62,997 bases of DNA, filler included, from Polymyxa betae A26-41 (GCA_003693705.1; 5 parts of 5 records of this genome joined end to end with filler, not necessarily neighbours in it), one strand, 5' to 3'. Positions 26,366 to 39,599 are shown, counted from the whole stretch's first letter. Translations and numbers: made by a program. Notes: generated by a model from the sequence alone, not told the origin.

Positions 26366-26603
26366 TGTCCCGTTCTGCTGATTAACTGATTGTATTTATT
26401 CTATTGTAAATATCCAATATTAGGCCTTGTTTATCATGGAGCAAATATTTATGTAGTTGCCTAACAATTGACAATCATCAATATGGGACTGTCATTTATA
26501 ATTATTCCTTCGTCTTCTTTTTCATTGCTTCATTGCAAGCAATTATCTGAAATACGCGACGGAGTTGTTGTTAGATGATCATGTTTTTATTGTGTATTGA
26601 TAC

Positions 26604-27566
26604 ATGTCATCACCATCTTCTTTAAAGAAAGCACGTTCTGGTCAAGTCGAATTCTGGGTCGCCAAAGTTCCCGAATTTGTCCTTGAGGAATGGGAGAAGC
26701 GTGCATCTTCTAGGCCCAATGAGCCTGTCTCTAATCTCTTGCTCCCTGAGGATTTCACTCCCAAATCACTGCCTAAACGAATGAAGTTAAGCTCGTCAGG
26801 CTCATCATCAGCAAGCGACCTTGAATTTCTAGTTAGACCAGATTATTTACCAGGTTCAATATCATCGTGCTTTTACACTTGGCCTATTTCAATATGGTTC
26901 AGGGTCGAAAATTCAGCCACCAAGCATGTTAGTGATATCGGATCAGACATCACGAAATCAATGTGCTTTAGAAGGAAAGATATCATTATTTGCTGATGTT
27001 AGACCTGGATTGGGTTCGAAATCTTCATATCAAGAACTTGTTGATCAAAGAAAGTCGAGATATGAATCTGATTTACAAACACAGAAGATTATGCTGGATG
27101 ATGGGAAATCAGAAATGACCTCCCAGTTCAAACTGCTTTCTGGTATTCCAACATCAAGTACTGGAAGGGTAGCTCGACCTGTTGTACTCAAAAGATCTGA
27201 TAGAGCAGGTCCATTAGATTTGTTAATTCAAATTTATTGGCGTTTGACTGAATGAGGTTTGTTTGTAGTTGATAAACGTGTTCGTCTGGATGAAAGTCAG
27301 CTTAAACGAAAGCTGTTTCATCTATTTGATGATAAACCACATTATCGTCTATCTGAGCTTGTACAATTAACAGATCAGGTATTTCATGTCATATTCCTCC
27401 TATAGTCATCATTTCTCTAATATTTTTTTAGCCCAAAGCATATCTGAAAGAAATTCTGGATCAAATCTGTGTTCAACATCGTGCGGGTCCTGTGATGCAT
27501 CATTACTCATTAAAACCCAATTATCGTCTCACAACTGATACCGATGAGGCTCCTCCAGCTGTTTAA
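26604..27566 (+). CDS. transcription factor IIF beta subunit (RAP30/Tfg2)
   Basis: N-terminal WVAKVPEFV.E.W; C-terminal winged helix KRVRLDESQLKRKLFHLF..HY.L.EL..LTDQPKAYLKEILDQI...YSLKPNY. Confidence 0.88.
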
Positions 27567-27655
27567 TAGAAATAATAATCAACGTTCTCTTGAATTCACG
27601 AGAGATTACATTTATATAAATTATAAGGGACATTTTCTGAGCTTTCTTGCCTGAG

Positions 27656-27984
27656 CTATTGGAATGGATTCTCAATCTCCTCAGTTCCATCAACAGGTGC
27701 AATTAACATGACTGCTGAACCACGACAAACAGTTAGACCTAAATTTCGGGTATCATCTGTTAAGCGGTATGGTTCATCTGGATCCCGAATATATTCGACA
27801 GTTTCATCCAATACAATATTGACTAGCGGGTCATATCCTGTGTCGTCTTAGTACATTCAAGAATGGGAAGTAGTTAGAGACTACCTTTGAGAATGCCAGT
27901 AACCTCCCGACCGCCAGTAAATTTCACTCGAACGGCCTGATCCAAGTTCTTGTTCAGATCAAGGACGGATTCCTTCTTGGACAT
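27656..27984 (-). CDS. LSM7: U6 snRNA-associated Sm-like protein LSm7
   Basis: MSKKESVLDL.K.LDQ.VRVKFTGGREVTGILK/GYDPLVNIVLDETVEY.RDPD...R.LGL.VCRG...DG.EEIENPF; one intron; absent from the ORF track. Confidence 0.95.
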
Positions 27985-28416
27985 GCTGATTAACTGGTAT
28001 AAATAATAACTACGAGGACACTGATTCAATATAAATGTGCTCTGTTATGAGATGGATGTTATATAATCAATCACGTCAATTAACGCACTTTCAAGAGAGA
28101 TATCCAGCTTATTATAAATACTGCTCGGGAGGAATCTATCTATTGATACATAGAACTCATACAAGATGGTCTTTCTGCATTATCTATTGATTATGTTTTT
28201 GATGTAATGAATGTTTCTGCTTTGGACTATTTGAAGAGCAGACTTTTTCGACAACTTAAAACCAGTTTTTAGAAGCCAACCTTTGCAGAAGGCTCATTTC
28301 AAAATGCTGGATTTGTTCATTTATAAAGTGAACCCATCACAATGAAGATATTTTCTATCTTGATCGATCGTTGTGGAAAAGGTTGTCATGTGATATTTCC
28401 ACAAATGTAAGTTGAG

Positions 28417-30293
28417 ATGATATCGATACTAATTATTGGTATATTGCATGGTATATTGTATCAGCGAGTTCTATCAATACCTTTTCCCTGTTCTGTATAC
28501 AATAACCTATTAACTATATCATCAAATAGTATTGAACTCAATATTGATTATACATATGGTAATAATATTATGTTTACATCAACTGGCAAATCTATAGATC
28601 CCAATTCGCCTTCTATTGACGCTCTGTCCAATTTCTGTAAATGCTCTTCGTTCTCTGTCTCGAATATCACCATTCGACAGCAGGACATAACATCATTAAG
28701 AATTGTTAATCAAAAGGTCCTTGATTTGATTCTATGCAGTATTAATAGTAATCGTATTAATTCAGATTAATGCAAGCCATCTGAGCGATAAACCTCTTAA
28801 TTGCTTAACTGGATTAACATCTGCAGATCTATCTGGAAATACATTTATTAATGGATTACCTGATAGCACATTTACATATCAGACTAAACTTACCAATCTG
28901 TATCTAGATAACTGTCAGATATCAGTTATTTCTAGCTCATTTTTCCATTCATTAACTAATCTTATATTACTGTATATATTCATATTCATTTTCTATCAAT
29001 TAATCATTAATCCTCAATAGATCACTACGTTCAAATCGGTTCTGGAGTTTGCCTTCCGATTTCTTATCTAACCTTGCGATAACTTCATTGTAAGAATGTC
29101 TCTATATGTAAACACACAATCAAATGCCTTTTAGATATTTGGATGATAACCTCCTATTACAATCTATTCCTTCAGCTTTGATCACATCAAATCCTTCAAT
29201 GTCTATGTAAGCTGTTGACATATAACAGATTATCCATTAACTCATCATTTGTAGATCTTTATTCAGAACTCCTTCCTTATCATGTATTCCTAACCTACAT
29301 AGCCAGATATCTTCCTCTTATCTATCAAATTGTTCTGATGTGCTCTCCAATGATGAGCTCTATCTAGGGGGTCCTCTTAATTGCCAACAAGTTTCAGTTC
29401 GATTTTCGAGTATTTGGGATGATGATGATTTACCAACATATCTAAGCGATTTTGTCACCGATATTAGTCTGGCATTATCTCTTGATAGTTCTCGTATTGT
29501 CAATCCTACAATGATTACAGATTCTGGTCGTACTACGGCTGTATTTCAAGTTCTACCTCGTTTACGTGAAGGTCAACTTGCTCCAGAAGCTGTAGCTGGA
29601 CGTATTAGAGAGCAACTAAAAATGCAACAACAATATAGCATGCTTAAAGAAGGAGTTGTAACCAATTGGCTTACAGCAATTGCTAATATTGATTCTACAG
29701 CAATTATATTGAAATATTGCCCTGCTATGTCTATGTTTACTGCTTATAATTCATGTTATGATATAAGCAGCTCTGCTACTTTGTTTGATCTTACATCACC
29801 TGTATTCTGGGCCATATTGTCGGCAGGAACGGCTATCATTGCTATCGTGATTTCATTCTTAATTACGTGTGTTATTCAGCGAAAGAAGAGCGAATTACAG
29901 ACAGCATCAACAATATCGATTATGGGAACAGCAACGACTGATAGTAAGAACTCAACAAGACAGTTTGATATGAATCAAGGTCAAGGTCGTGCATTATCAG
30001 CAATACCATTCTCAGCAGTTGAACATCCTATTACATCATATCAACAAGCAAGAGCACAATCTGCTATACCTTCATTACAGTATCATACTGCACCTAAATC
30101 AACAGCTATTTCACCCAAATTTGATGATAGGCCTGATCAAACTGAGCAGCAGCAGCAGCAGCAGCAACAGCGCTCTGCTTCTGTTAAACCTAGAGGGAGG
30201 AAGAAGACCAAGAAATGGGATGCTGATAGGTTAGCGAACCCATGGATTGCTAAAGAAGAAAATCAGAGTGATGATGATGATGATTTCTGGTAA
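28417..30293 (+). CDS. type I membrane protein with extracellular leucine-rich repeats
   Basis: Hydrophobic N-terminus; LRRs (LTSADLSGN, LTNLYLDNCQI, LRSNRF..LP, YLDDNL); TM (VFWAILSAGTAIIAIVISFLITCVI-QRKK); cytoplasmic tail with poly-Q and no kinase. Confidence 0.8.
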
Positions 30294-31299
30294 CAATTTC
30301 AGTAAATAAAAACGAGATTTATTAAGAGGATCAAAGATGGAATCGAATTACATTAGTTTGCTGCTGATCTTTGTCAACATTGGGCTCTGAGAATCAGATA
30401 TGTTTACTGGTTATAATGCCGTTCAGGCTATGCTCCAGGTCGTACTGGATGGCGGCTCCGTTCGTCTGAACGATTCTGATTCAGGTATATCCTATAGCGT
30501 CTGATGGCACTGATTGTATGGTGGAGCAGTACTCCCGCCCATCAATTACATATTGGATGGTGCTCTGGGACAGTTTGCAGGAAGTGATGGTCTGTTATTT
30601 GGTGATGCATGCGACTTTATTACAGGTGATATAAAGGTAGTAGATGTTTTATATTTGGAATTGATATTTAACACAACACCATATCTATATAGTACTGGAT
30701 TCAGTAATTCATACATATCAATAATTGGACTAGCATGGAAACATATCAGTTATCTATTATTATACATATATCAGATATACACTTACATAACAAAATATTT
30801 CTGATATAATGATGTCTTATATTATTATTCTTGTAATTGTCACTACTACGTCAACAGCCATACGTGCAAGCATGGATTGAAAGTTTCGGCTTATTGGGGT
30901 TTCTGAAATCCTGATTTGGCGAATCTAAACACAAATGAGAGGGGCGGCCCTGTGGCGATGGCGCCCAGTTCTTGATCGTATTCTAAATCATGGATGGTTA
31001 CTCGGTGGTTACTAACTTGTACTTGCAATCCGCAATCATATCCATGTAAAGTATTCAAGTCATGAAACAGTTATACTGTATAGTCACAATTTTTAGCTTT
31101 TGTTCTTATGAGAACTGAGAAGTATAATTCATGAGCTCACTGAAATACTATTGAACTGATTTTTGCTGTTGGAAATGCGATCGAGATCCTGGAGATAGTG
31201 CAATCAATAAACTATTTTAAGATTGTGTATGCAATCCACTCTAGTTGTAACCTGAGAAATAGAATAAGACAGGCAGTCTGACATCTCGTTCTCAGCTTG

Positions 31300-31476
31300 A
31301 AAACATATTGTTTATCTTACACCGCTTCCAAACATATCATCATGATATAGAGTAGTTCATTGAGTAGGGAGAAATATCATTATCAAATGTAAATAATGGA
31401 AGGAGCTACATACAGTGGGAATCATCTGATACCAACACCCGATCACTCGTAGATCGTATAATTCGTATCAATTTAT
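31300..31476 (-). repeat. 177-bp repeat, inverted copy of 15308-15484
   Basis: Direct sequence comparison. Confidence 0.95.
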
Positions 31477-31576
31477 NNNNNNNNNNNNNNNNNNNNNNNN
31501 NNNNNNNNNNNNNNNNNNNNTTAATTAATTAANNNNNNNNNNNNNNNNNNNNNNNNNNNNNNNNNNNNNNNNNNNN
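31477..31576. other. artificial contig spacer
   Basis: N44-TTAATTAATTAA-N44. Confidence 0.97.
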
Positions 31577-32946
31577 TCCGTTGGCTCTTCAGTCGGCGCC
31601 TCGGTTGGCTCTTCCGTAGGCTCCTCCGTTGGCTCTTCAGTCGGCGCATCGGTGGGCTCTTCCGTTGGCCATTCAGTAGGCTCCTCCGTTGGCTCTTCTG
31701 TAGGCTCCTCAGTGGGCACTTCAGTAGGTTCCTCGGTTGGCTCTTCAGTAGGCTCCTCCGTTGGCTCTTCAGTCGGCGCATCGGTGGGCTCTTCAATAGG
31801 CTCCTCCGTTGGCTCTTCAGTCGGCGCCTCCGTTGGCTCTTCTGTAGGCTCCTCAGTGGGCACTTCAGTAGGTTCCTCGGTTGGCTCTTCAGTAGGCTCC
31901 TCCGTTGGCTCTTCAGTCGGCGCATCGGTGGGCTCTTCAATAGGCTCCTCCGTTGGCTCTTCAGTCGGCGCCTCGGTGGGCTCTTCTGTAGGCTCGTCGG
32001 TCGGTTCTTCCGTAGGCCATTCAGTAGGCTCCTCAGTGGGCTCTTCAGTAGGTTCCTCGGTGGGCTCTTCAGTAGGTTCCTCGGTGGGCTCTTCAGTAGG
32101 CTCCTCCGTTGGCTCTTCAGTTGGCGCCTCGGTGGGTTTTTCGGTTGGCGCTTCAGTCGGCTTCTCGGTGGGCTTTTCCGTTGACTCTTCAGTCGGCGCC
32201 TCGGTGGGTTTTTCGGTTGGCGCTTCAGTCGGCGCTTCGGTGGGCTCTTCAGTCGGCTTCTCGGTGGGCTCTTCCGTTGGCTCTTCAGTCGGCGCCTCGG
32301 TGGGTTTTTCGGTTGGCTCTTCAGTCGGCGCCTCCGTGGGTTTTTCGGTTGGCTCTTGAGTCGGCGCCTCGGTGAGCACTTCAGTCGGCTTTTCCGTTGG
32401 CTCTTCAGTAGGCGCCTCGGTGGGGACTTCGGTCGGCTTTTCCGTTGGCTCTTCAGTAGGCGCCTCGGTGGGGGCTTCGGTCGGCTTTTCCGTTGGTTCT
32501 TCAGTAGGCGCCTCGGTGGGAACTTCGGTCGGCTTTTCCGTTGGCTCTTCAGTTGGCTTGTCGGTCGGCGCCTCGGTGGGCTCTTCAGTAGGCTCGTTGG
32601 TCGGCGCCTCTGTTGGAAGGTCAATTGGCGGATCTGTCATTTCTTTAGGGTTTTCAAACGGATCTTGAGTGGGTTCATCAGGCATTGTCCAATCTGGATC
32701 CATCGTTGGGGAGTCCATGGGCCATTCTGACGACAGCAATTAGTAAAGGGATAGCTTCGGAAGATAAATTTATGACTAACGAGTAGGCTCTTCAGTACCT
32801 AGAGGAGGCATCGTCTCTTGGCCGTCATCATCACCTTGAAAGCGATGTAGCGCACCTCTAAATCGTATACGCCTTCGCAGCCGGTTATCGGCCTGCGTAA
32901 TGGCTGCCAAAACGGCGGCCAAAAACAGGACCCGCAGGACTGTCAT
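31577..32946 (-). CDS. secreted mucin-like acidic repeat protein (PTEE/PTEA/PTEK), 3' end lost in the gap
   Basis: Exon 1 32946-32781 encodes signal peptide MTVLRVLFLAAVLAAITQA; intron 32780-32727 (GTTAGT..CAG); then a long array of 12-bp tetrapeptide repeats. Confidence 0.9.
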
Positions 32947-34598
32947 GGTGTTGAAGAAGTGAGCGAACAGGCGTCATGAAGATCGATTGGTACAATCCCA
33001 ATCGTACCCGTACTTATATAGTAAGTACAAATTTTGAATAGCAAGTCACAGTGAGTAGTTGCTGCACTGAAATAACAAGTCATAATCCCGAGATGGGGGA
33101 AACGACGTTATCTATTGCTGTAATGGCATTCACGATTTTTTCGCCCTTTCTATTTGAAGAACGAAACTATCGCTTCTGATTAAATCCAGGATTGAATTGA
33201 ATGCGATTACTTTTTATCTTTGAAAGTTTGACTGCATTTCGGTCATCACGGTTACCTTTATCCATGTATTAGATTGACAGTGCAGAAGCGAAAACAATTC
33301 ACAGAAATACTGAAATTGAGGAATCGGCTGTATAAAAACAACAACTTTATGAAAACTAATATATTTACCTCGCAGCCATAGTAAGACCACTTGTCAATGG
33401 TATCAGAAGACGAGCGACATTTGCCATATAAACTGCTCAGGATTGTCTCCGGGAGTATGGAGGTGCTGAAACCAGCATGAACAGTTTAGGCTCAGCGTGA
33501 GTGAGCGATATCATCAGCTTCGAAGACGCCGCTCGACCTTCATCAACTTTGATAGAACGATTAGAAGCAAATTGCAAAGTGAGTAGCGTAGAGTGTTGAG
33601 TGGAGAATGCAGTGGGAGTGGCCTTCTTATCGTTATGGCTTCCTTCGATAGGTAAGATAGTTCAAAATCCTTTGGGTTTCGAAGCCGAGTCCTTGCTGTG
33701 TCGGTTCTTGCCACTGATTTCTGTGAATGTCAAGCGTGAGTGGCAAGGCCGATCGCTGGTTTTGTTTCCAATCAATCTGCGAGAACGTTCGTCTCATGTC
33801 GTCTGTATACAGGTGAGATTTAACGACAATTACAAACAGTGTTCTGACAATAGTGTTGATAAGGAATGCGAATTTAGTGAGCTTCTCTTCAATCTGGATA
33901 GCTTCGCGTTCGCGCCGCCGCTGGCAATGAAATGAAATTAATTGCCTGGTAATGGTCCAACTGTTATAAGCTACAATCCTTGTTGATATTTTGATTGTAT
34001 AGATCCCGTATCGTCTTATCCACGTACGTGACTGATGGTCTTTCTTGGCATTATTCTGTGAGCTCAATCATGACAAGGCCATAAGATCGGGGTCACGTCA
34101 GCAACCGATGCGGTAAAAATTCGGCAGTTTCTGCTTGTTTCTGTCTCCCTGAGCAATTTATGCTCGGTTTATATTTGTACTACTTTTGCTGGTTGACGCG
34201 CTGTAATTCATTAAGTTTGGGTTTATATACGTCGTTTGGTAATTATGTCGGAATCTGGATTGGTGTGTTTTTAGTTGATGTTAACGTCGAGGCTGTGTTT
34301 GAACGACCCAATACTTTCTTCACGTCACAAGATTGATGGCGCCGTTATTTTGTCGTTTATTTAATCCCTAGCCTTGATTTCCTTGGCTTTACTCTAGAAT
34401 GCCTTAGGCTTTTCTGTTTCCTCATTGCGAATTGTTGTTAAGTTTTCTGATCATTTGATTTAGATTGGCTGCCCCAATCCTAATCGTTAACACTCTGTTA
34501 TTCTTTTTCTTTCGTGAAGCTTTTGAATCTAGTGCAATTTGATTCCAACTACAATGCTTGCTGTCGAGTTCAAGATGATCAAATGAATAGACCTAGAT

Positions 34599-34648
34599 GC
34601 CTGGGCTATCCGTCTAGAGGTTCGCCTGGGCTATCCGTCTAGAGGTTC
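34599..34648. repeat. short direct duplication (GCCTGGGCTATCCGTCTAGAGGTTC x2)
   Basis: Two adjacent copies of a 25-bp word. Confidence 0.8.
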
Positions 34649-36761
34649 ACTCTGTAGGGCTCATCTTGGCAAATTCGATTGCTTTCACCCTCACAACTGC
34701 TTTAAAAAGCTTGAACGCCACTAAGCTGTGAAGATAGTCACGTTCAGCATTTAGAAAATGCTTCTGTTGGGCATGAATCACTTTGCTGATCACTTTTATC
34801 TGGTAAAAAATGCAAACTCTTTGAAAAACTCGCGATCTTTGTAAAACCGTAATTTTTACGATAGCTTTAATGCGAAGCTCCAGACTTTGTGCATGATCTG
34901 TTTATCGACTGTCAATCTCAATGATGGTACTATTCTCGCTATTGTTATTATAGCCTGCTGCCCATTAACTTCATCTCGCCTTGCTGTAATCAATTAGCCT
35001 GCTATCCATTAGCTTCATCTCGCCTTCCTGTGATTAATTTTCCATCTCAGTAATGGTTGCTGAGGACGGCAACTGATCTATCTTGTTGGATCAGTGAATG
35101 TCGTCTCGGCATCATTTGTAGTCAGCATGGCTTTGGTCAGCCTCTTTCACGATCATTAGTCTGATGGCCGAACCTGGGATGGGTCTCAACAGGATCTATT
35201 AAAGCACAAAGGACCGGTCGGAGTCGTTTTACGACAATTACTTGCATCTGATCTAAAAAGGCGCTAGAGCTGGTTCGTCGATCGAGCAATGCTTCGATGG
35301 AAAGGAATGAAAACGACTAGTTTGTTGAATATACTGAACGGGCGGTGCTGTCACCTTCAGCACAAGGCCTTTACTGGCGTTCTGGCTATCTGGAACAAGA
35401 ATAGACCCTTCTGCTTTGATGAATCATTCTGCTATGGTATCAGCAAAAGGCAGAATGCTGCATGCAGAGCCCAAATCCCCTAGTTAAATCATGCTGCTGT
35501 CACTAAGGCTGTTCATTTGGATACCAGCGAATGAAGATTTTATAGTCCTACAGACGAGACTAAGACGCATTGCTAGACGGTCGGCTGACAAAGGTCTGCC
35601 TAAAATGTTGATTTGCATAAACATTTGTATGGACGATATTTCTTAATAGATTCCCATGTATCGCCTTCTTAGAGCCAAATGCACTTTTGTGTACAATCGA
35701 GACTAGCCAAATTTTAAGCATTTTTTTCGGGGGCGAAACATTTTTTGTGAATAACTGTTTTATCTCATTTCTGAACGAATGCTGACATAGTTCGAAGGAC
35801 TCCAAATCAATGTTTAGACCAGGTATTTGCTAATCATGGAGAAATTTGTTTCCGCTTGCGTCGGAGAGAAGTCGATTAACGAGTCAGGATCCCATTAGGA
35901 CGATAATCAGGTGGAAATCTCTGGGCCGGCTGTGTCTTCTATCGTTTAGGCTGATCTGATTGCTCTTTCTTCGACAACGATCCAGCTGTGATGTCCGGTC
36001 TAATTAGCCTCATGTCATCTGCATGTGCTGATTTGTAAAGCCATTCACTTTCATTTCAACTAATCAGTGACATCCGAGCGGTTCCAAGCATGAAAATATT
36101 TCGCTTGGATGGCATGTGCCATTAAGTACATGCCAATCAAGTGAATCAATCATGGTATTAGCAACTTGCTAAATGGATCTTATAAAAGAGGCTCAAGTGC
36201 CGTTATTAACGTTTTTTAAAGGCAGCCCTTTCCCCAGTTTATTCAAAAGAAAAAAAGATGTGTTCTCGTCTGGTTGCAATGATTCAGAGTGATGCGTCTG
36301 CGATATTCGTCGAGAGGTAGATTTTTGGTGTTCTTGGCGTTCGGCTTATCTTCGGACGATCTGAAGTCCTGGAACTTAAGCCTTACACTTGTGTCTTACA
36401 CTTGTTTATGTTCATTAGAATGTTCTTGCCGTAAACTCTTGTTTACGCTACACCCAATAAAGGCCATCTCTGATAATCGATTCTATTCGAAGATCGAGAT
36501 CACGAAACAGGATGGGTAATCATTATCAATAGGACTGTTCTAGTGCTTAACAAGTTCTGTTGAATGCTCTCAGAGGCCGTTGGATCAGGCAACGCCTTCA
36601 TAAATGTTGTCGCGGAAGGGAGAAATTTCGGTATCTCTGAATTCATAGTGAGTATCCGGCAAAGTTGTCACGACTTCGATCTCAGGGCCCTGTGTGATGG
36701 GAAAGATCACCGCCCTGGTGTCTAATCACCTAAACTAGTCGAGTCCAATTCAATCCAATGC

Positions 36762-37040
36762 TGTGGAAACATAGCATCATCCTGTATCGTGGTAACTTGC
36801 AGCTCGACATGCGTGGAAACATAACATCATCCAGTATCGTGGCAACTAGCAGCTCGTCATGCTGAGGAAAACGTAACTCCATCCTGTATCGTGGTAACTA
36901 ACAGCTTGACATGGTGTGGAAACATAACATCATCCCATATCGTGGTAACTAACAGCTCGACATGCGATGGAATCATAACATCAGCCTGTATCGTGGTAAC
37001 TAACAGCTCCACATGTGATGGTAACATAACATCATCTTCA
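36762..37040. repeat. minisatellite, ~51-bp unit, about 5.5 copies
   Basis: GTGGAAACATAACATCATCCTGTATCGTGGTAACTAACAGCTCGACATG repeated; one isolated copy near 37645-37684. Confidence 0.88.
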
Positions 37041-38218
37041 GTCATCCCTCTCAATAACGACTCTCTTTACTGTATAACGACATCTCCATAGAAGCCCGAT
37101 AATGTTACATTGTGCGAATATTGTTCTATGGCGCGGCCCACGCCTGTCTTCTCATTCTTAGCAATACAAACTTGATTTTCTACCATTGTCTCGTCACCGT
37201 TAGACTAGCCAGCTGGGAGGGTTAGCATTGCGTCTGGCGCTCAGACCCCTTAATCAAATGGTCCCTACTTTTTCGAGAAAGAGAGAGTCGCTCGCGATAT
37301 CCGAAAAACAGCTGATTTGCCGAGTATACTATGATTACATTACAGAGAACAAACTCAGAGCTGGTTTCTGAAAGATTGGGTTATCAGGCCTGCCGTTCGA
37401 CTATCTTGGCATTGTAAGAGACCTTGGAAGTACGAGAATCAAATGAGCAGTTTGACGTTAACGACGACAAATCGAAGCGTATCGAAATTTTGTTAGGCAC
37501 TTTTCGGGATTACCCCCAAGAACTCAAAGAAGAACTTCTTGAAGTTTGTAAAGCTTTAAGTTTGTAACTATTCGAGAAATAAACCTCAAAACCAAAAAAA
37601 CGATTTCAATAACAGCTGCTAGTTAAAACATACCAATGGTTGCGGTGGAAACATAACATCATCTAGTAGCGTTTGTAACTAACACCGGTAACGGGGCGTG
37701 ACCAGTACGACGACCAGCATCCGCATTGTTGTTGGGATGCATTGTTGTTGGGATGCGAGATGGCGTATTTCATGTCTCCAGCAGTCTAATAACAGCGAGT
37801 TCCAAGCAAAGATTTGTCAGCAGAAGGTTGATTCGGCCCATTTTTGTCGCGCTTTATCTATCTGTCTATATAAAAGGGCATTCCATAGAAAGGTTTCTGC
37901 AAAAGTTTTGTTCGCAGAGAAGGCTGTATCAGAAATGCAGTTCGGACACTCGCCGACCGGACGCTCAGAAGCCCCACAAGACTCGCGCGTTCTCTGACAT
38001 CATCTCATGCAGGTCTCTCAGCCTCCATGCGAATGCTGAATTGACACCCGAACATGGCGACATCTCTACACAGGGATCGTTTGGTTGTGGTGAAGGTGCT
38101 CCAGGTCACAGAGTTGATCATGACGGATCTCGACGGCAACGACGAGACTGCTTCGTCTGAAGAACCTCCTGCCCGATTCTCTCTCCTGTTCGGAACGTCA
38201 TTCTGATAACCCATCGAT

Positions 38219-38410
38219 ATGATACGCATTCTCACCTTGCTTTTCATCATGGTCGTCATGCTGGGGGCGGTCGTACAGGCCCAGGCCCAGGATCAAGGCC
38301 CGATTCCTCAAGATCAAGTACGTGATGTTCCTTCTGGAACGACAAAGGCGAAGATTGTCAAGCGTCTGGAACGATTGGGGAATATTGGCAGAAATCGGGG
38401 CCCGTACTAA
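38219..38410 (+). CDS. small secreted protein, possibly only the first exon
   Basis: Clear signal peptide MIRILTLLFIMVVMLGAVVQA; GTACTA at 38404 followed by a CCCTAA doublet may be an intron. Confidence 0.55.
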   Translation: MIRILTLLFIMVVMLGAVVQAQAQDQGPIPQDQVRDVPSGTTKAKIVKRLERLGNIGRNRGPY

Positions 38411-39380
38411 AGACAATCTGCTGGTCGTGAACTCTAATAAACCCTAACCCTAACAACTTGACACGTTCTTGTCTGTTTTGGAGAAGCATCCCGCCAGATT
38501 CGCTTGAGCAAAGAGCGCTCCGCAGACGCCCGTTTATGATGAGCTATTGGCGTAAATCGTCACCTTTCAATCGGAGCTCGATCCAGCATAACCAAACACC
38601 ATCACGCTCTGGATTTCTCCCAGTTCATATCAGTGAAGTCGTACAGGGATTGTCGCGAGCCTCACTGCCAAACTATCATCTATGATGCTCAATATCACGA
38701 GCATCATCGCCGTCTACGGAAGACTTCAATTATGGTTGAGAACAGAGCAGATTATAGGAAGTATCATCATGAGTATAATTTATCATCCTGTAGTACTCGT
38801 GAGATGATTTCTATACACACGATGCAGGATTAATAATGTCCTAGATCAAGGAAGAAGTCATCAATCCCATTCCAAAGAACACCAAATGAAACTATTCATT
38901 TCGACATCGCCCGGGACGTTGGGACCCATCAGGATTGTTCCAGGGCTGGAAAACCCCTGAAACCCCCTGGATTTGGGAAATAAAGTACGGTTTTTGGTTT
39001 TTTGTTACCCTAACAAACCCAAGATTTTATTCATCAAGCTCATCCTCCGTGACGACAACAATATCGACAATCGCATCATTCAACTGCCGATAGTGGGATA
39101 ATCGTCAGTTTGTCAATCCGAGCAACTTGTTATGAATGAATCCCTGGCTGGAAGGAAAGCCCACATCAGACAAATCGACAATCGAATCAATCGATGGGGA
39201 ACGGACTCAAAAAACCCTGATTTAAGCCATTATAAAAAAGTTTTTTTTTCATTAAAACCCTACAAAAGGCCCGTGGGGCCAGCTTTGAATTGTTTCAGAG
39301 GGTTGCTCCGGCCTTTTTGCTGCTGCTCCATCGGTTTGCGATGCCATGCCGTGGTTAGACGTGATTCCGCCCATTTGACG

Positions 39381-39599
39381 ATGCTGCTAAAACTTAAATG
39401 GACGAAGGTCTTGGGCTGGATCGTGTTTCTGTCCTTATGTGCGGGCTTCGCTGTCTTTATATCAAGGAGATCACCCAAGGAGACGGATCCCAACAAGATG
39501 AGCGCTGATGAATTAGTCCAGCACCTTGTGCACTTGGCTAAACAGCTCGACGTATTGGAATATAAACTGGGAATAATACAAGAAGGTTGGCTGCAATAA
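39381..39599 (+). pseudogene. truncated copy 1 of tandem membrane-anchored family
   Basis: KWTKVLG-TM-PKETDPNKMSADEL..HL.HLAKQLD, then similarity stops. Confidence 0.8.

Noticed and set aside
31521-32730. Long alternative-frame ORFs (SVGS-rich, RRLKS-rich)
   Set aside because: Shadows of the 12-bp repeat; only the PTEE frame links to a signal-peptide exon
32860-32890. RxLR effector motif in the mucin leader
   Set aside because: NRLRRR does not match RxLR; more like a basic cleavage site
33400-36700. Short ORFs on both strands
   Set aside because: No recognisable motifs or consistent exon chain; probably decayed sequence
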